A program made the position numbers and the translations under genes. From the NCBI GenBank assembly GCA_964291625.2, contig OZ220089.1, forward strand, positions 64,001-128,000: a stretch of DNA of 64,000 bases, given 5' to 3'. Below, piece by piece: positions 41,055 through 50,519 of this stretch. The DNA is from Candidatus Latescibacterota bacterium. GTDB taxonomy: Bacteria; Latescibacterota; UBA2968; UBA8231. Position 1 is the first letter of the stretch. Every line of letters begins with the position of its first letter. The notes under the pieces were generated by a model. It had not been told where the DNA came from and searched no databases. It saw only the letters and a program-made list of their open reading frames with translations.

Positions 41055-42368
41055 TTGGTTTCCCTCTCCCGCTATCTGCTGCTCCGGCACCTGGAGGCCT
41101 TCGCCCTCGGCTTCGGACTGATCGTCTTCGTCCTCGAGATCGATGTCATGCTGCAGCTGCTGGACCAGCTGCTGAGCAAGGGCATCGACCCGGGCGTCGC
41201 CGTGGAGCTGTTCCTCCGCAACCTCGCCTGGATCGTCGCCCTGGCGGTCCCGATGGCGGTGCTGATCTCGGTGCTCATGGTCTTCGGCCGGCTCGCCGCC
41301 GACAACGAGATCCTGGCCTGGAAGGCGGCGGGGGTGAGCTTCGGCCACCTCCTGGCCCCCGTCCTGCTCGCCGCCCTGGTGCTGACCCTGGCCATGGTGT
41401 GGTTCAACGACCGCGTCCTGCCCGACTCCAACCACCGGACCCGGGAGCTGACCACCAGCCTGCAACGGCGCAAGGCGGCCCTGGTCCTCAAGGAGAAGGA
41501 GGGCGTCTTCATCCGCGATCTCGGCCCCTACAGCCTGCGGATCGGCCGCGTCGACGGGGAGTCCAACCGCCTCCACGACATCACCCTCCTCGACGCCGGG
41601 AAGAGCGGTCCGACGACGACGCTACGGGCCGACTCGGGGAGCCTGGAGATCTTCGGCGACGGCGGATACGTACGCCTGACCCTCGAGGACGGCGAGATTC
41701 ACCGCGTCGACTCGGCCGACCCCTCCCGGGGGACCCGGGGGCGCTTCCGCCGCCAGGTGGTCCACATCCGCGACCGCGACCGGGAGCTGTCTCCCTTCCG
41801 CTCCCCCTACCGCTCCGACCGCGAGATGGATGTGGCCGCCATGCTCGCCGCCGCCGATGCGGCGCGCCTCGACAACGCCCGCGCCCGCGCCGGCATCGAC
41901 TCCACGGCCCTGGCCTTTCTGGCCCAGGCCCGTGAGGACACCGCCGATGTCACCCGGCTCCGGGACCGGGCCCGGCAGGCGGCCGCCTCGATCGGCCGGC
42001 AGTGGCGGCTGCACGACAGCCGCCAGCGGCGGGCCGACGCCTACCTCGTGGAGGTGCACAAGAAGTTCTCCATCCCCTTCGCCTGCGTCGTCTTCGTCCT
42101 CGTGGGCGCCCCTCTGGGAGCCCTCGTGAGGGCCCGCGGGGCCACCGTCTCCGCGGCGATGAGCCTGTTGTTCTTCTACGCCTACTGGATCTTCCTCATC
42201 GGCGGCGAGCGCCTCGCCGACCGCGGCTTCGTCTCCCCCGCGGCGGCCATGTGGGCGCCGAACCTGTTCTTCGGCGTGCTGGGGCTGCTGCTGGTTCGCG
42301 CCCATGTCCTCGACCGCCCCCTGCTCGGGCTGCGCGAGCGGCTGCGGCGCCCCACCGGGGTCTCGTGA
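41055..42368 (+). CDS. lptF: LPS export ABC transporter permease LptF
   Basis: YjgP/YjgQ family: LAVPMAVL, GRLAADNEILAWKAAGVS, VEVHKKFSIPFAC, AMWAPN. Confidence 0.88.
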   Translation: MVSLSRYLLLRHLEAFALGFGLIVFVLEIDVMLQLLDQLLSKGIDPGVAVELFLRNLAWIVALAVPMAVLISVLMVFGRLAADNEILAWKAAGVSFGHLLAPVLLAALVLTLAMVWFNDRVLPDSNHRTRELTTSLQRRKAALVLKEKEGVFIRDLGPYSLRIGRVDGESNRLHDITLLDAGKSGPTTTLRADSGSLEIFGDGGYVRLTLEDGEIHRVDSADPSRGTRGRFRRQVVHIRDRDRELSPFRSPYRSDREMDVAAMLAAADAARLDNARARAGIDSTALAFLAQAREDTADVTRLRDRARQAAASIGRQWRLHDSRQRRADAYLVEVHKKFSIPFACVVFVLVGAPLGALVRARGATVSAAMSLLFFYAYWIFLIGGERLADRGFVSPAAAMWAPNLFFGVLGLLLVRAHVLDRPLLGLRERLRRPTGVS

Positions 42369-43441
42369 CCCTCCTCGACCGCTACCTCCTGCGCCGCTTC
42401 CTCGCCTGTCTGGGACTGAGCGCCGCGGGGATGTGGGGACTCGCCGCGGTGGTCGACCTCACCGAGAACATCGACACCTTCATAGACCACCAGGCCTCCC
42501 TCTCCCAGGTCGGCCGCTACTACCTCTACCGCTCGCCCTACTGGATCCTGCTGACCCTTCCCGTCACCACCTTGCTCGCCACCCTGTTCTGCCTCTCGGG
42601 CCTGGCCCGCCGCTCCGAGATCGCCGCCGCGAAGGCCGCCGGCATCGGTCTGCACCGCCTTCTCGCGCCCCTCTACGCGTTCTCCGTCGTCCTGGCGGGA
42701 GCGACGCTGTTGTTCACCGATCTCGTCGTCCCCCCCGCCACCTGGCACTACAACAGCACCCGCGACGAGATCCGCTCGTACCGGCGCTCCGACGGCTCCC
42801 GGCGCCAGGTCCTGCTGCAGGACGTGGGGGGCCAGCTCCTCTTCGCCCGCTCCTACGACCACCGCCGCAGGCGAGCCGAGGACGTCACCTGGGAACGCAC
42901 CCTTGGGAGCCGCACCCTCGAGCGCGCCACGGGCCGCTCGGCCTCCTGGCGCGCCGGCGACGGCCGCTGGATGATGCACGAGGGCCATCGCCAGCTCTTC
43001 GAGGAGTCGGGGGCCGCCGCCGCCTTCTTCGACAGCCTGGCCCTCACCCGCCTGACCCTGCAGCCGGAGGACCTCGCCCGCCAACAGAGGGAACCGGAGG
43101 AGATGGACTTCTCCGAGCTGGCCGGGTACGTGCGCAGGGCCCGCGCCAACGGCGAGGACGTGACGCGGCTCCTCGTCGACCTCCACCTGAAGATCTCCTT
43201 CCCCTTCACCTGCCTGGTCATCCTGCTCCTGGCGGCGCCCCTCGGGGCCGGCGCCCGACGCGGCGGCGGGGGCCGCCACTTCGGACTCGGCGTGCTGATC
43301 TGCTTCGCCTTCTACGGATCGGTGAAGGCCGGCCAAGCCCTGGGCTGGAACGAGGTTCTGGCGCCCTGGCTCGGCGCCTGGCTGGCCAACCTGGTCTACG
43401 GCGCCCTTGCGGTCCTGTTGCTGCGCAGGACCCACACCTGA
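42365..43441 (+). CDS. lptG: LPS export ABC transporter permease LptG
   Basis: LLDRYLLRRF, LARRSEIAAAKAAGI, HLKISFPF, GAWLAN; GTGA overlap with lptF. Confidence 0.88.
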   Translation: MTLLDRYLLRRFLACLGLSAAGMWGLAAVVDLTENIDTFIDHQASLSQVGRYYLYRSPYWILLTLPVTTLLATLFCLSGLARRSEIAAAKAAGIGLHRLLAPLYAFSVVLAGATLLFTDLVVPPATWHYNSTRDEIRSYRRSDGSRRQVLLQDVGGQLLFARSYDHRRRRAEDVTWERTLGSRTLERATGRSASWRAGDGRWMMHEGHRQLFEESGAAAAFFDSLALTRLTLQPEDLARQQREPEEMDFSELAGYVRRARANGEDVTRLLVDLHLKISFPFTCLVILLLAAPLGAGARRGGGGRHFGLGVLICFAFYGSVKAGQALGWNEVLAPWLGAWLANLVYGALAVLLLRRTHT

Positions 43442-43461
43442 GGCACGGTGTTGGCCTTCGG

Positions 43462-44571
43462 CTAAGTCAGACCCTGCTGGAGATGGTAGATCTTCAGCTT
43501 GAGGGCGGGGGACATGCCCTTCCACTTCTCGAGGAGATCGGAGGCCTGGGAACGGCTGTCCTCCCCGGAGATCTTGTCGCCGAGGCTCATCAGCAGCCTG
43601 GCCATGAGCTCGACCCGGTCCTCGGAGGCGCCTACGGTGAGCCTCTCCAGATCGTCCAGGACGTCGGCGCCGATCTTCTCGCGAGTGTTGCCCATCGCCT
43701 TCTCCAGAAAGGCGGCGTGGCGCCGGCCGAAGGTTTCGTCGGCGACGCTGCGGTTGACGAGCAAGCGGATCAGATCCGCCCCCGGCCGCTCCCGCAGCAG
43801 CCTGGCCGCCAGGCGCGACATCCGCCTCGCCTCCTGTCCCCGCGACTCCCCAGGCTTCGCGTCCATCGTCCAGGCGGTGCGACCGCGCCCGTCCACGAGG
43901 AGATCGAAGAGCGAAGGCTGCGGCAGGCGGGACAGGACCTCCTCCAGGGCCTGATCGTCTGTCGAGGCCGACACGCGCAGCAGATGGTCCACCGACAGGG
44001 GCGCGAGGTTGGGGTGCATCCCGGTGAGCTTTGCCGCCAGGACCTGGCCGGCCTCGGCACCGGCACCCGCCAGGAGCGCGTCCAGCAGGGCCTCCAGGGT
44101 CTCGGGGTTGACCGGCAGACCCAGGGCCGCCTCCCGGACCACGCACGCGGCCGGGTGCCGCAGGAACTCCTGCACCACATCCCGGTGCCGCAGCACCCAG
44201 ACGAGGGACGCCGCCGCCGCCGGATCGGTCTCGGCGCGGGCCCAGCCGAGGACCCGCTGAACCGAGGAGCGGTTGAACAGCCAGTGGCGGTGAAAGCCGA
44301 GGACCTGGATGGCCACCAGCCGGCGGGGGTCGGCCGGGTCCTCGACGATTCGGCACAGGCGCTCGACTCCCTCTGCCGTGGGCACCAGGACGCGCAGCCG
44401 GGCCACGGCGGCCATGCGCTCCCCGGGATCTCCGTCGCCGGCGACGGCAGCGACCAGGGCCTCCAGGTCGGGATGGGACTCCTCGGCGGCCTGTTCCTGA
44501 TGCTCGAGGCCGGGCTCGGGGCCTTCCTCCTCGCGATCGCCGGGGAACAGATGACGTACGTCGAAGACCAT
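43462..44571 (-). CDS. Hypothetical all-alpha (HEAT-repeat-like) protein
   Basis: Long ORF in a run of minus-strand genes; helical repeats (RMAAVARL, RLVAIQVLG, VREAALGL). Confidence 0.55.
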   Translation of the reverse strand: MVFDVRHLFPGDREEEGPEPGLEHQEQAAEESHPDLEALVAAVAGDGDPGERMAAVARLRVLVPTAEGVERLCRIVEDPADPRRLVAIQVLGFHRHWLFNRSSVQRVLGWARAETDPAAAASLVWVLRHRDVVQEFLRHPAACVVREAALGLPVNPETLEALLDALLAGAGAEAGQVLAAKLTGMHPNLAPLSVDHLLRVSASTDDQALEEVLSRLPQPSLFDLLVDGRGRTAWTMDAKPGESRGQEARRMSRLAARLLRERPGADLIRLLVNRSVADETFGRRHAAFLEKAMGNTREKIGADVLDDLERLTVGASEDRVELMARLLMSLGDKISGEDSRSQASDLLEKWKGMSPALKLKIYHLQQGLT

Positions 44572-44572
44572 G

Positions 44573-45433
44573 TCAGCGGCCCCGGGCGGCGGGACGGTCG
44601 GCGCCGCCCCCATGGAGGAAGAACTCCCTCAGGAACCCGTTGATCTGCTCCATGGCCAGGCGGGACCGCACCAGACCCTCCTGCCCGGGATCCTCGAGGA
44701 ACTCCTCGATCGCGGCCAGCGGCTGGACCAGCCCCTCCCGGAGGCGGCCGTAGAGTTCCTCCTGGATCTCGGCCTGGATGTGGGAGACCTCCTCCAGCAA
44801 CGACACGTCGCGCAGCAGGATGAGGACGGCGGGGCCCGACGTCAGTTCGCGGCGGTGGAGGGTGATCTCCAGCGCCGAGGGTTCGATGAGGGAGAAGGAG
44901 TGGGGCTCGTCGTGGTCCAGGGCGGCCACGGGATCGACTCCGGTGATCCTCTCGAAGACCCTGCCATCGAGGTCGGCCAGGGGCACCCCGAGCATCTCCG
45001 CGGCTCGGTGGTTGACCACCTCGGCGGCACCGGAGGCGCGCACCACGAGAAGGCCGAAGGGCAGGGCGTCGACGAGTCCCGGATCGTCGAGAGGACCGCC
45101 GGCGATCAGCTGGGTGAGGGTGTGGGGGAGCTCCGGGGCCGGGGCGCCGCTTCCCTCGGAGGGCCGCGGGACTTCGTCGGCTGGGATCTTGCCTCCGGGG
45201 GTTTCGTCCGCGCCCGGGCTCAGGACGTAGCCGGCGCCAGCGGCCTCGAGGAAACCGGCTTCGCGCAGCCCGGCCAGGGCGGAGGCCGCGTCGGCCTCGG
45301 GAGCGCCGAGGCGAAGGCCGAGGGCCTTGACGTCGTCGTCGAGAAAGGGATTGCGCCGCCACTCCGCCAGCATGCGGCGCTTGAGGTCCGCCATCGGTGG
45401 CCCGGGAACCACCGGAAGGTCCCAGTCGTACAT
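44573..45433 (-). CDS. Putative wHTH + PAS domain protein
   Basis: ALGLRLG...SALAGLREAGFLE (wHTH-like); LVDALPFGLLVV...VNHRAAEMLG (PAS); LILLRDVS. Confidence 0.6.
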   Translation of the reverse strand: MYDWDLPVVPGPPMADLKRRMLAEWRRNPFLDDDVKALGLRLGAPEADAASALAGLREAGFLEAAGAGYVLSPGADETPGGKIPADEVPRPSEGSGAPAPELPHTLTQLIAGGPLDDPGLVDALPFGLLVVRASGAAEVVNHRAAEMLGVPLADLDGRVFERITGVDPVAALDHDEPHSFSLIEPSALEITLHRRELTSGPAVLILLRDVSLLEEVSHIQAEIQEELYGRLREGLVQPLAAIEEFLEDPGQEGLVRSRLAMEQINGFLREFFLHGGGADRPAARGR

Positions 45434-45581
45434 GATTCGTCCACTGCCCGACGGCCGGCGCGGCAAAGAGGAACCGGCGACCGTAGTGTACCCGGGGGAG
45501 GGTTGGAACGAACCGCGTCTCAGGGGGGGAGTGTCCAATATAACCGGTCTCGCCCCCATCCTGCAAGCGGCTGTCGGCCCG

Positions 45582-46007
45582 TCAGACGCCTCCGGCCTCC
45601 TGCACCGTGACCTGCAGGCTGAAGGGGTCCGACGGGTCCGGCAGCACCAGGATCACCTCCACGTCCCCGTCGATGGCGACCGATGCCTTGCGGCGGACCC
45701 GGAGCCCCTGGTCCGGAGGGACCAGAAGCACCAGATCGAGCTTCAGCTCGGTGCCGGCGTTCAGGCTTCCCCCGGCCACGTCCCGCCGTTCCCCCGGCCC
45801 CACGACGGCCCGGACGACGGCCGCCTCGTCCTGCTCTCCCACCCGCAGATGGGCGACCTCCACCGCAAAGGGCGTCCGGTTGTCGACCAGAACCGATCCG
45901 TCCTCCGGTGGGGCGCCGTTCTCCGGATCGACGATATCCGTCCCGCCGCCGCCTCCGCAAGCGAGCATCGCCGCGGCGGCGGCCGCCGGCCCCAGCCATC
46001 GCCGCAA
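45582..46007 (-). CDS. Hypothetical lipoprotein
   Basis: AAAAMLAC lipobox followed by a beta-rich domain; start codon uncertain. Confidence 0.55.
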   Translation of the reverse strand: MRRWLGPAAAAAAMLACGGGGGTDIVDPENGAPPEDGSVLVDNRTPFAVEVAHLRVGEQDEAAVVRAVVGPGERRDVAGGSLNAGTELKLDLVLLVPPDQGLRVRRKASVAIDGDVEVILVLPDPSDPFSLQVTVQEAGGV

Positions 46008-46160
46008 CCGCCCGAGAGGCCGGCAGCGGAGCTGATTGCGTACGGCCCAAGTTGATGCTATACTTGCCGTTACCCCCACTTCGGCGGTGCCATCCTCAGG
46101 CGCCCGCCGGCGCTCCCGTCCCACTGCCTCTCTCCCCGTCCGTTTCCACGGACCCTCCAT

Positions 46161-48104
46161 TTGCACCTGTGCCGGTTGCTGCTTGCATCGGTGTGTCTCT
46201 TCGCCGCCCCGGTCACCACGGGCGGGGACGTGCACATGGTGCGCCCGGGCGACACCCTGTCGCAAATCGCCCAGCGTTACGGCGTCAGCCTGGACGACCT
46301 GCGGCGCTGGAACCGGCTCTCCACGGATGCCATCGCCGTGGGCCAGCGCCTGGAGGTCTCGGCCCCCGCCAGCACCTGCATCGTGCGGCCCGGCGACACC
46401 CTCTCCGAGATCGCCCATCGCCACGGCCTCACCACCGCGGACCTGAGACGCCTCAACGGTCTGACAAACGACCGCATCCGCCCCGGCCAGGTGCTCCGCC
46501 TGCGGGGGCAGCCGCAGAGACCTGCCGGATACGTGGTCCGGTCCGGCGACACCCTCTCGGAGATCGCCGTCCGCTTCGATGTCGAGCTGGCGCTGCTGCG
46601 GCAGCTCAACGACCTCGAGGGTGATCGCATCCGTGTCGGCCAGAGGCTGCGACTGCAGCCCTCGCCGAAGCAGGCGAGCATCCACGTGGTGCTGCCCGGC
46701 CAGACCCTCTTTCAGATCGCCGCCCTGTACGATATCGGTGTCGGACGCCTGCGTCACCTGAACGGCCTCGAGGGCGACCTCATCCGTCCCGGCCAGAAGC
46801 TCCACCTTCGTCCGACGCCAGCCACGGTGCACGTCGTCGAGCGCGGGGACGCCCTGTGGGAGATCGCCCGGGCCTACGGCCTGTCGGTGGCGGACCTGAA
46901 GGCCCTCAACCGTCTCCGCGGGGACAGCATCTATCCGGGACAACGGCTGCTCCTGGGACAGGACCGCAGACCGCGGCTGGCCAGCCACACCGTCGTCCGC
47001 GGCGACAACCTGTCGGAGATCGCCCAGCTTCACCAGATGAGCGTCGCCGAGCTGCGGCGTCTCAACGATCTGTCCGGCATGGTCATCCACCCCGGACAGA
47101 AGCTGAAGGTCCGGCCGCTGCTGGGGAGACCGGGACGGCTCGACCCGTCCCAACTGGACCCGTCCCGGATCCCCTGGGAGCGACTCCTGGTCGACGTGGC
47201 CGGCCTCCGCCGCATCGCCCTGGAGAACGGACCGTACTACGGACAGCGTCCCCGGGCGCGCCGCCAGCCGAGCCGGCAGTACGCCGAAAAACACCCCCCC
47301 TCGCCCCTTCGGACCTACCGGCAGGCGAGGAAGCTCTGGGACCGGTTCGAAGCCGAGGTGGGACGCCTCGGACGACTCGGCAACGACCTCGCGGGATGGC
47401 ACTTGGTGCTCGATCCCGGCCACGGCGGGATCGACCCCGGGGCGATCGTGCGGACCATCGCCGGCGACGGCACCCGCCTCTACGTCGTCGAGGACGAGTA
47501 CGTCTACGACATCACCCTGCGCGCCTACGTGCTGCTGCGCCTGCACGGGGCCAGGGTCGACGTCACGATGTTGAGCCCCAACCACCTCATCCGCCGGACG
47601 GAGCCGGCGACACAGACCTTCGTGCACCAGCAGAACGAGGTCTTCAACAGCTTGGCCCTCAACCGCTCCAACCACCCGCGCCAGTGGCCCACCGGCAACT
47701 CCAGGGGACTCAAGGCCCGGGTGCAGATCACCAGGGACGCCCTGCGGAAGGCCCCGGGAGGCCGCACGATCTTCCTGTCCTTCCACGCCGATCACGACCC
47801 CAACTCTCCCCAGGCGCCCCTGGTCCTCTACTACGAGCGGCGCGGAAAGCGCGACCACGCCTCCCGCCGCTTCGCCCGCGCCCTGCTGCCCGCCCTCGGC
47901 GCCGGCGCCCGGACCCGCGGTCAGTCCCTGGCGGTCCTGCGCGGCAATCCCGCCTCGGTGAAGGTCCTGGTGGAGGTCGCCAACCTCGCCTACGTCGATC
48001 ACGCCTGGGCCCTGCGGTTCGAGCAGCACCGGCAGCGGGAAGCGGAGAAGGTCGTCCGCGGCGTGCTGGACTACGTGCGCCGCAAGCAGTTGGCGCGGCG
48101 CTGA
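46161..48104 (+). CDS. N-acetylmuramoyl-L-alanine amidase (Amidase_3) with six LysM domains
   Basis: Six V.PGDTL..IA...L..LN...I..GQ.L repeats, then LVLDPGHGGIDPGA, E, FLSFHAD, VLVEVANL. Confidence 0.9.
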   Translation: MHLCRLLLASVCLFAAPVTTGGDVHMVRPGDTLSQIAQRYGVSLDDLRRWNRLSTDAIAVGQRLEVSAPASTCIVRPGDTLSEIAHRHGLTTADLRRLNGLTNDRIRPGQVLRLRGQPQRPAGYVVRSGDTLSEIAVRFDVELALLRQLNDLEGDRIRVGQRLRLQPSPKQASIHVVLPGQTLFQIAALYDIGVGRLRHLNGLEGDLIRPGQKLHLRPTPATVHVVERGDALWEIARAYGLSVADLKALNRLRGDSIYPGQRLLLGQDRRPRLASHTVVRGDNLSEIAQLHQMSVAELRRLNDLSGMVIHPGQKLKVRPLLGRPGRLDPSQLDPSRIPWERLLVDVAGLRRIALENGPYYGQRPRARRQPSRQYAEKHPPSPLRTYRQARKLWDRFEAEVGRLGRLGNDLAGWHLVLDPGHGGIDPGAIVRTIAGDGTRLYVVEDEYVYDITLRAYVLLRLHGARVDVTMLSPNHLIRRTEPATQTFVHQQNEVFNSLALNRSNHPRQWPTGNSRGLKARVQITRDALRKAPGGRTIFLSFHADHDPNSPQAPLVLYYERRGKRDHASRRFARALLPALGAGARTRGQSLAVLRGNPASVKVLVEVANLAYVDHAWALRFEQHRQREAEKVVRGVLDYVRRKQLARR

Positions 48105-48118
48105 TCCCCGGAACGTAG

Positions 48119-48153
48119 AAAGGCCCCGGGGAGAGCAACTCCCCGGGGCCTTT
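48119..48153. terminator. Bidirectional intrinsic terminator
   Basis: AAAGGCCCCGGGGAG-AGCAA-CTCCCCGGGGCCTTT perfect hairpin between convergent genes. Confidence 0.85.
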
Positions 48154-48174
48154 GCACCTTGAGCGGGTACTCCT

Positions 48175-48450
48175 TCAGGCGGTAACCACCCGCACACCGA
48201 GCAGACGCCTGGCGGCTCGCCGCACGACCTCGGGCTCGAGGCCGGCCAACTCGCACCAGGGATCGATCCGGGGACTCTCCACGAAGTCCACCTCCATCAC
48301 CTCCTCGGTTACCTCCTCGGTCTTCGAGATTTCCCGCAACGTGCTGAGAATCATGGCGTTGGCCAACCTACGATAGGCCAGGGACACGCGTTCTACCTGG
48401 GCTGCGTCCTGATCCGTACGCATGGCGATCCCGTTCGTTAAAGTGGACAT
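48175..48450 (-). CDS. Small hypothetical protein
   Basis: AYRRLANAMIL...WCELAGLEPEVVRR; AT-richer upstream region and a terminator downstream. Start could also be 48423. Confidence 0.55.
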   Translation of the reverse strand: MSTLTNGIAMRTDQDAAQVERVSLAYRRLANAMILSTLREISKTEEVTEEVMEVDFVESPRIDPWCELAGLEPEVVRRAARRLLGVRVVTA

Positions 48451-48576
48451 GATCTGGTTGTTTTTCGCCCTGAGGGGCGCTTTGGCCACAATGTACGGAA
48501 TTATCCGGCCGGAATCGGGAAAAAGTTGAGTCCAGCCGGAAAAAAGCCCGCACGGGGCCCGACGCACCCCCCTTCT

Positions 48577-49578
48577 TCAGGAGTCCTGTTCGCGGGCGGC
48601 GGCGTAGAGCCGCCCAAGGTGGCGCATGGTGCGCAACGCCGCCTCCCCGTCGGCGCCGGCCGCCGGCCGGCCCTCGACGGCGTCCACGAAGGCCTTCCAC
48701 TCCCGTGACCAGGACCGGTCGGGGCCGGGAAACCGCCGGAGGCGCTCCTGGGGAGCCCCTCCCTCCCGGGCCCGGCGGCCGAGGACGAGCCGCTCCTCGC
48801 CGTAGGACCCGCCGAGTCCCTCGGCGACGGCGTATCCGTCCCGTCCGAAGACCTCCAGGCTGAACAGGTTCTTCCACTGGGTCCAGCTCACGTGCAGGGA
48901 GGCGATCTGGCCGGCCGTCGTGCGCAACAGGGCGAAGGCGTTGTCCTCCACGGGCATGTCCCAGAAGGCGGTCACCGCCTCGGCGCTGACGGCCTCGAAG
49001 TCGCAGCCGAGGATCCACAGGAAGAGGTCAACGAGGTGAGCCCCCTGGTCGAGCAGCTCGCCGCCGCCCGAGACGGCCGTATCGGACCGCCACTCCCGGT
49101 CGTACCCCGGGCGGCCCCCGTGCCCGTAGCGCCCGCGCACGAACATCAGTGGGCCGAGGCTCCCCTCCTCCGCCGCCCGCCGGACTCCCTCCACGGCCGG
49201 GTGGAAGCGATGGTTGTATCCGGCTCTCAGGATCCGGCCGTTCTCCCGGGCGGCGGCGGCGACCTCTTCGACCTCGGCGGCATTCCGGCCGAGGGGTTTC
49301 TCGCAGAGAACGTGCCGGCCGGCCTCCAGGGCCGCCACCGAGATCTCCGCCAGCAGATGGTGGGGAGTCGAGACCACGACCAGATCGACGCCGTCGGCGG
49401 CGGCCAGGGCCCGCCAGTCGCCGTGGGCACGGGTGCCGTGCTCGACAGCCAGACGCCGGGCCGCCTTCTCGTCGACATCGCAGACGGCCACCAGCCGGCT
49501 CGCCCCGTCGGCGGCCACCGCCGCGGCCCTCTGGCTTCCCGCGCGGCCGGCTCCGATCACGACGACCCGGTGGGTCAT
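48577..49578 (-). CDS. Gfo/Idh/MocA family oxidoreductase
   Basis: VVVIGAG, HVLCEKPLG, GYNHRFHP, GGGELLDQGAHLVD. Confidence 0.9.
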   Translation of the reverse strand: MTHRVVVIGAGRAGSQRAAAVAADGASRLVAVCDVDEKAARRLAVEHGTRAHGDWRALAAADGVDLVVVSTPHHLLAEISVAALEAGRHVLCEKPLGRNAAEVEEVAAAARENGRILRAGYNHRFHPAVEGVRRAAEEGSLGPLMFVRGRYGHGGRPGYDREWRSDTAVSGGGELLDQGAHLVDLFLWILGCDFEAVSAEAVTAFWDMPVEDNAFALLRTTAGQIASLHVSWTQWKNLFSLEVFGRDGYAVAEGLGGSYGEERLVLGRRAREGGAPQERLRRFPGPDRSWSREWKAFVDAVEGRPAAGADGEAALRTMRHLGRLYAAAREQDS

Positions 49579-50400
49579 GGCCTCAGGCGCCGAACCGCGC
49601 CGCCCTCGCCGGCCATCACCGCCTCGACATCGAGGTGCTCCCAGTCGTCCCACGCGGCCGACAGCAGACGGCCGCTCAGGCCCGCCGAGCGCGGCGAGAC
49701 CAGGTAGAGAACGAGTGCCGCCGCCCCTTCGGGAGTGGCTTCCGGCTCCTCCGGGGCGGCTCCTCCCCGGGCGGCGGTCATCTCCCGGAGCGCGGTGGCG
49801 GCCTCCCGCGCCATGTCGGTGCGGACTTCCCCGGGGGCGACGGCGTTGACGCGCACCCCGTGGGGCGACACCTCGGCCGCAAGGGTCTCGGTGAAGCGCA
49901 CCACGCCGGCCTTGGCGGCCCCGTAGGCGGTGAACCACGGCCGCGGGCTCACGGCTCCCCCGCCGGAGAGGTTCACGATCTCCCCGCGCCGGCGGGCGAT
50001 CATGCCGGGCAGCACGGCGCGGCAGCACAGGAAGCAGCCGCCGAGGTTGACTCGCACCGCCCGCAGCCAGGCCTCCGGATCGGCTTCGTGAGCCGGTCCG
50101 GCCGGGCCCAGGACTCCGGCGTTGTTCACCAGGATGTCGACCCCTCCCCAGGCCCGCTCCGCCTCGTCGACGGCGGCGGCGACCTGCCCGGGGACGGAGA
50201 CGTCGGCGGTCAGGGCCAGGACCGAGGAGCCCAGCGGCCGACAGCTCCTGCGCCGCCTCCTCGACCTGTTCCCGCGTCCTGGCCAGGATGGCCACCCGGG
50301 CGCCGGCGGCCCCCAGGGTCAGGGCGATGGACCGCCCGATGCCCCGTCCGCCGCCGGTGACCAGGGCGTTCCGGCCCTCCAGCTCCCCCTCTGGGCTCAT
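49575..50400 (-). CDS. Short-chain dehydrogenase/reductase, interrupted by a 1-bp frameshift near 50230
   Basis: ALVTGGGRGIG in one frame; VLALTADVS...DILVNNAG...YGAAK in the next. Confidence 0.85.
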
Positions 50401-50519
50401 GGGCGGCCAAGGTATGCGAGATCTCCCTTCGGGGAAAGACAGGCCGCGTTGCCTGTGTGCTCCCATCCCTTACATTTTACAACCACTTCGGACCACCCAG
50501 CCCTTCACGGATCACCCCC

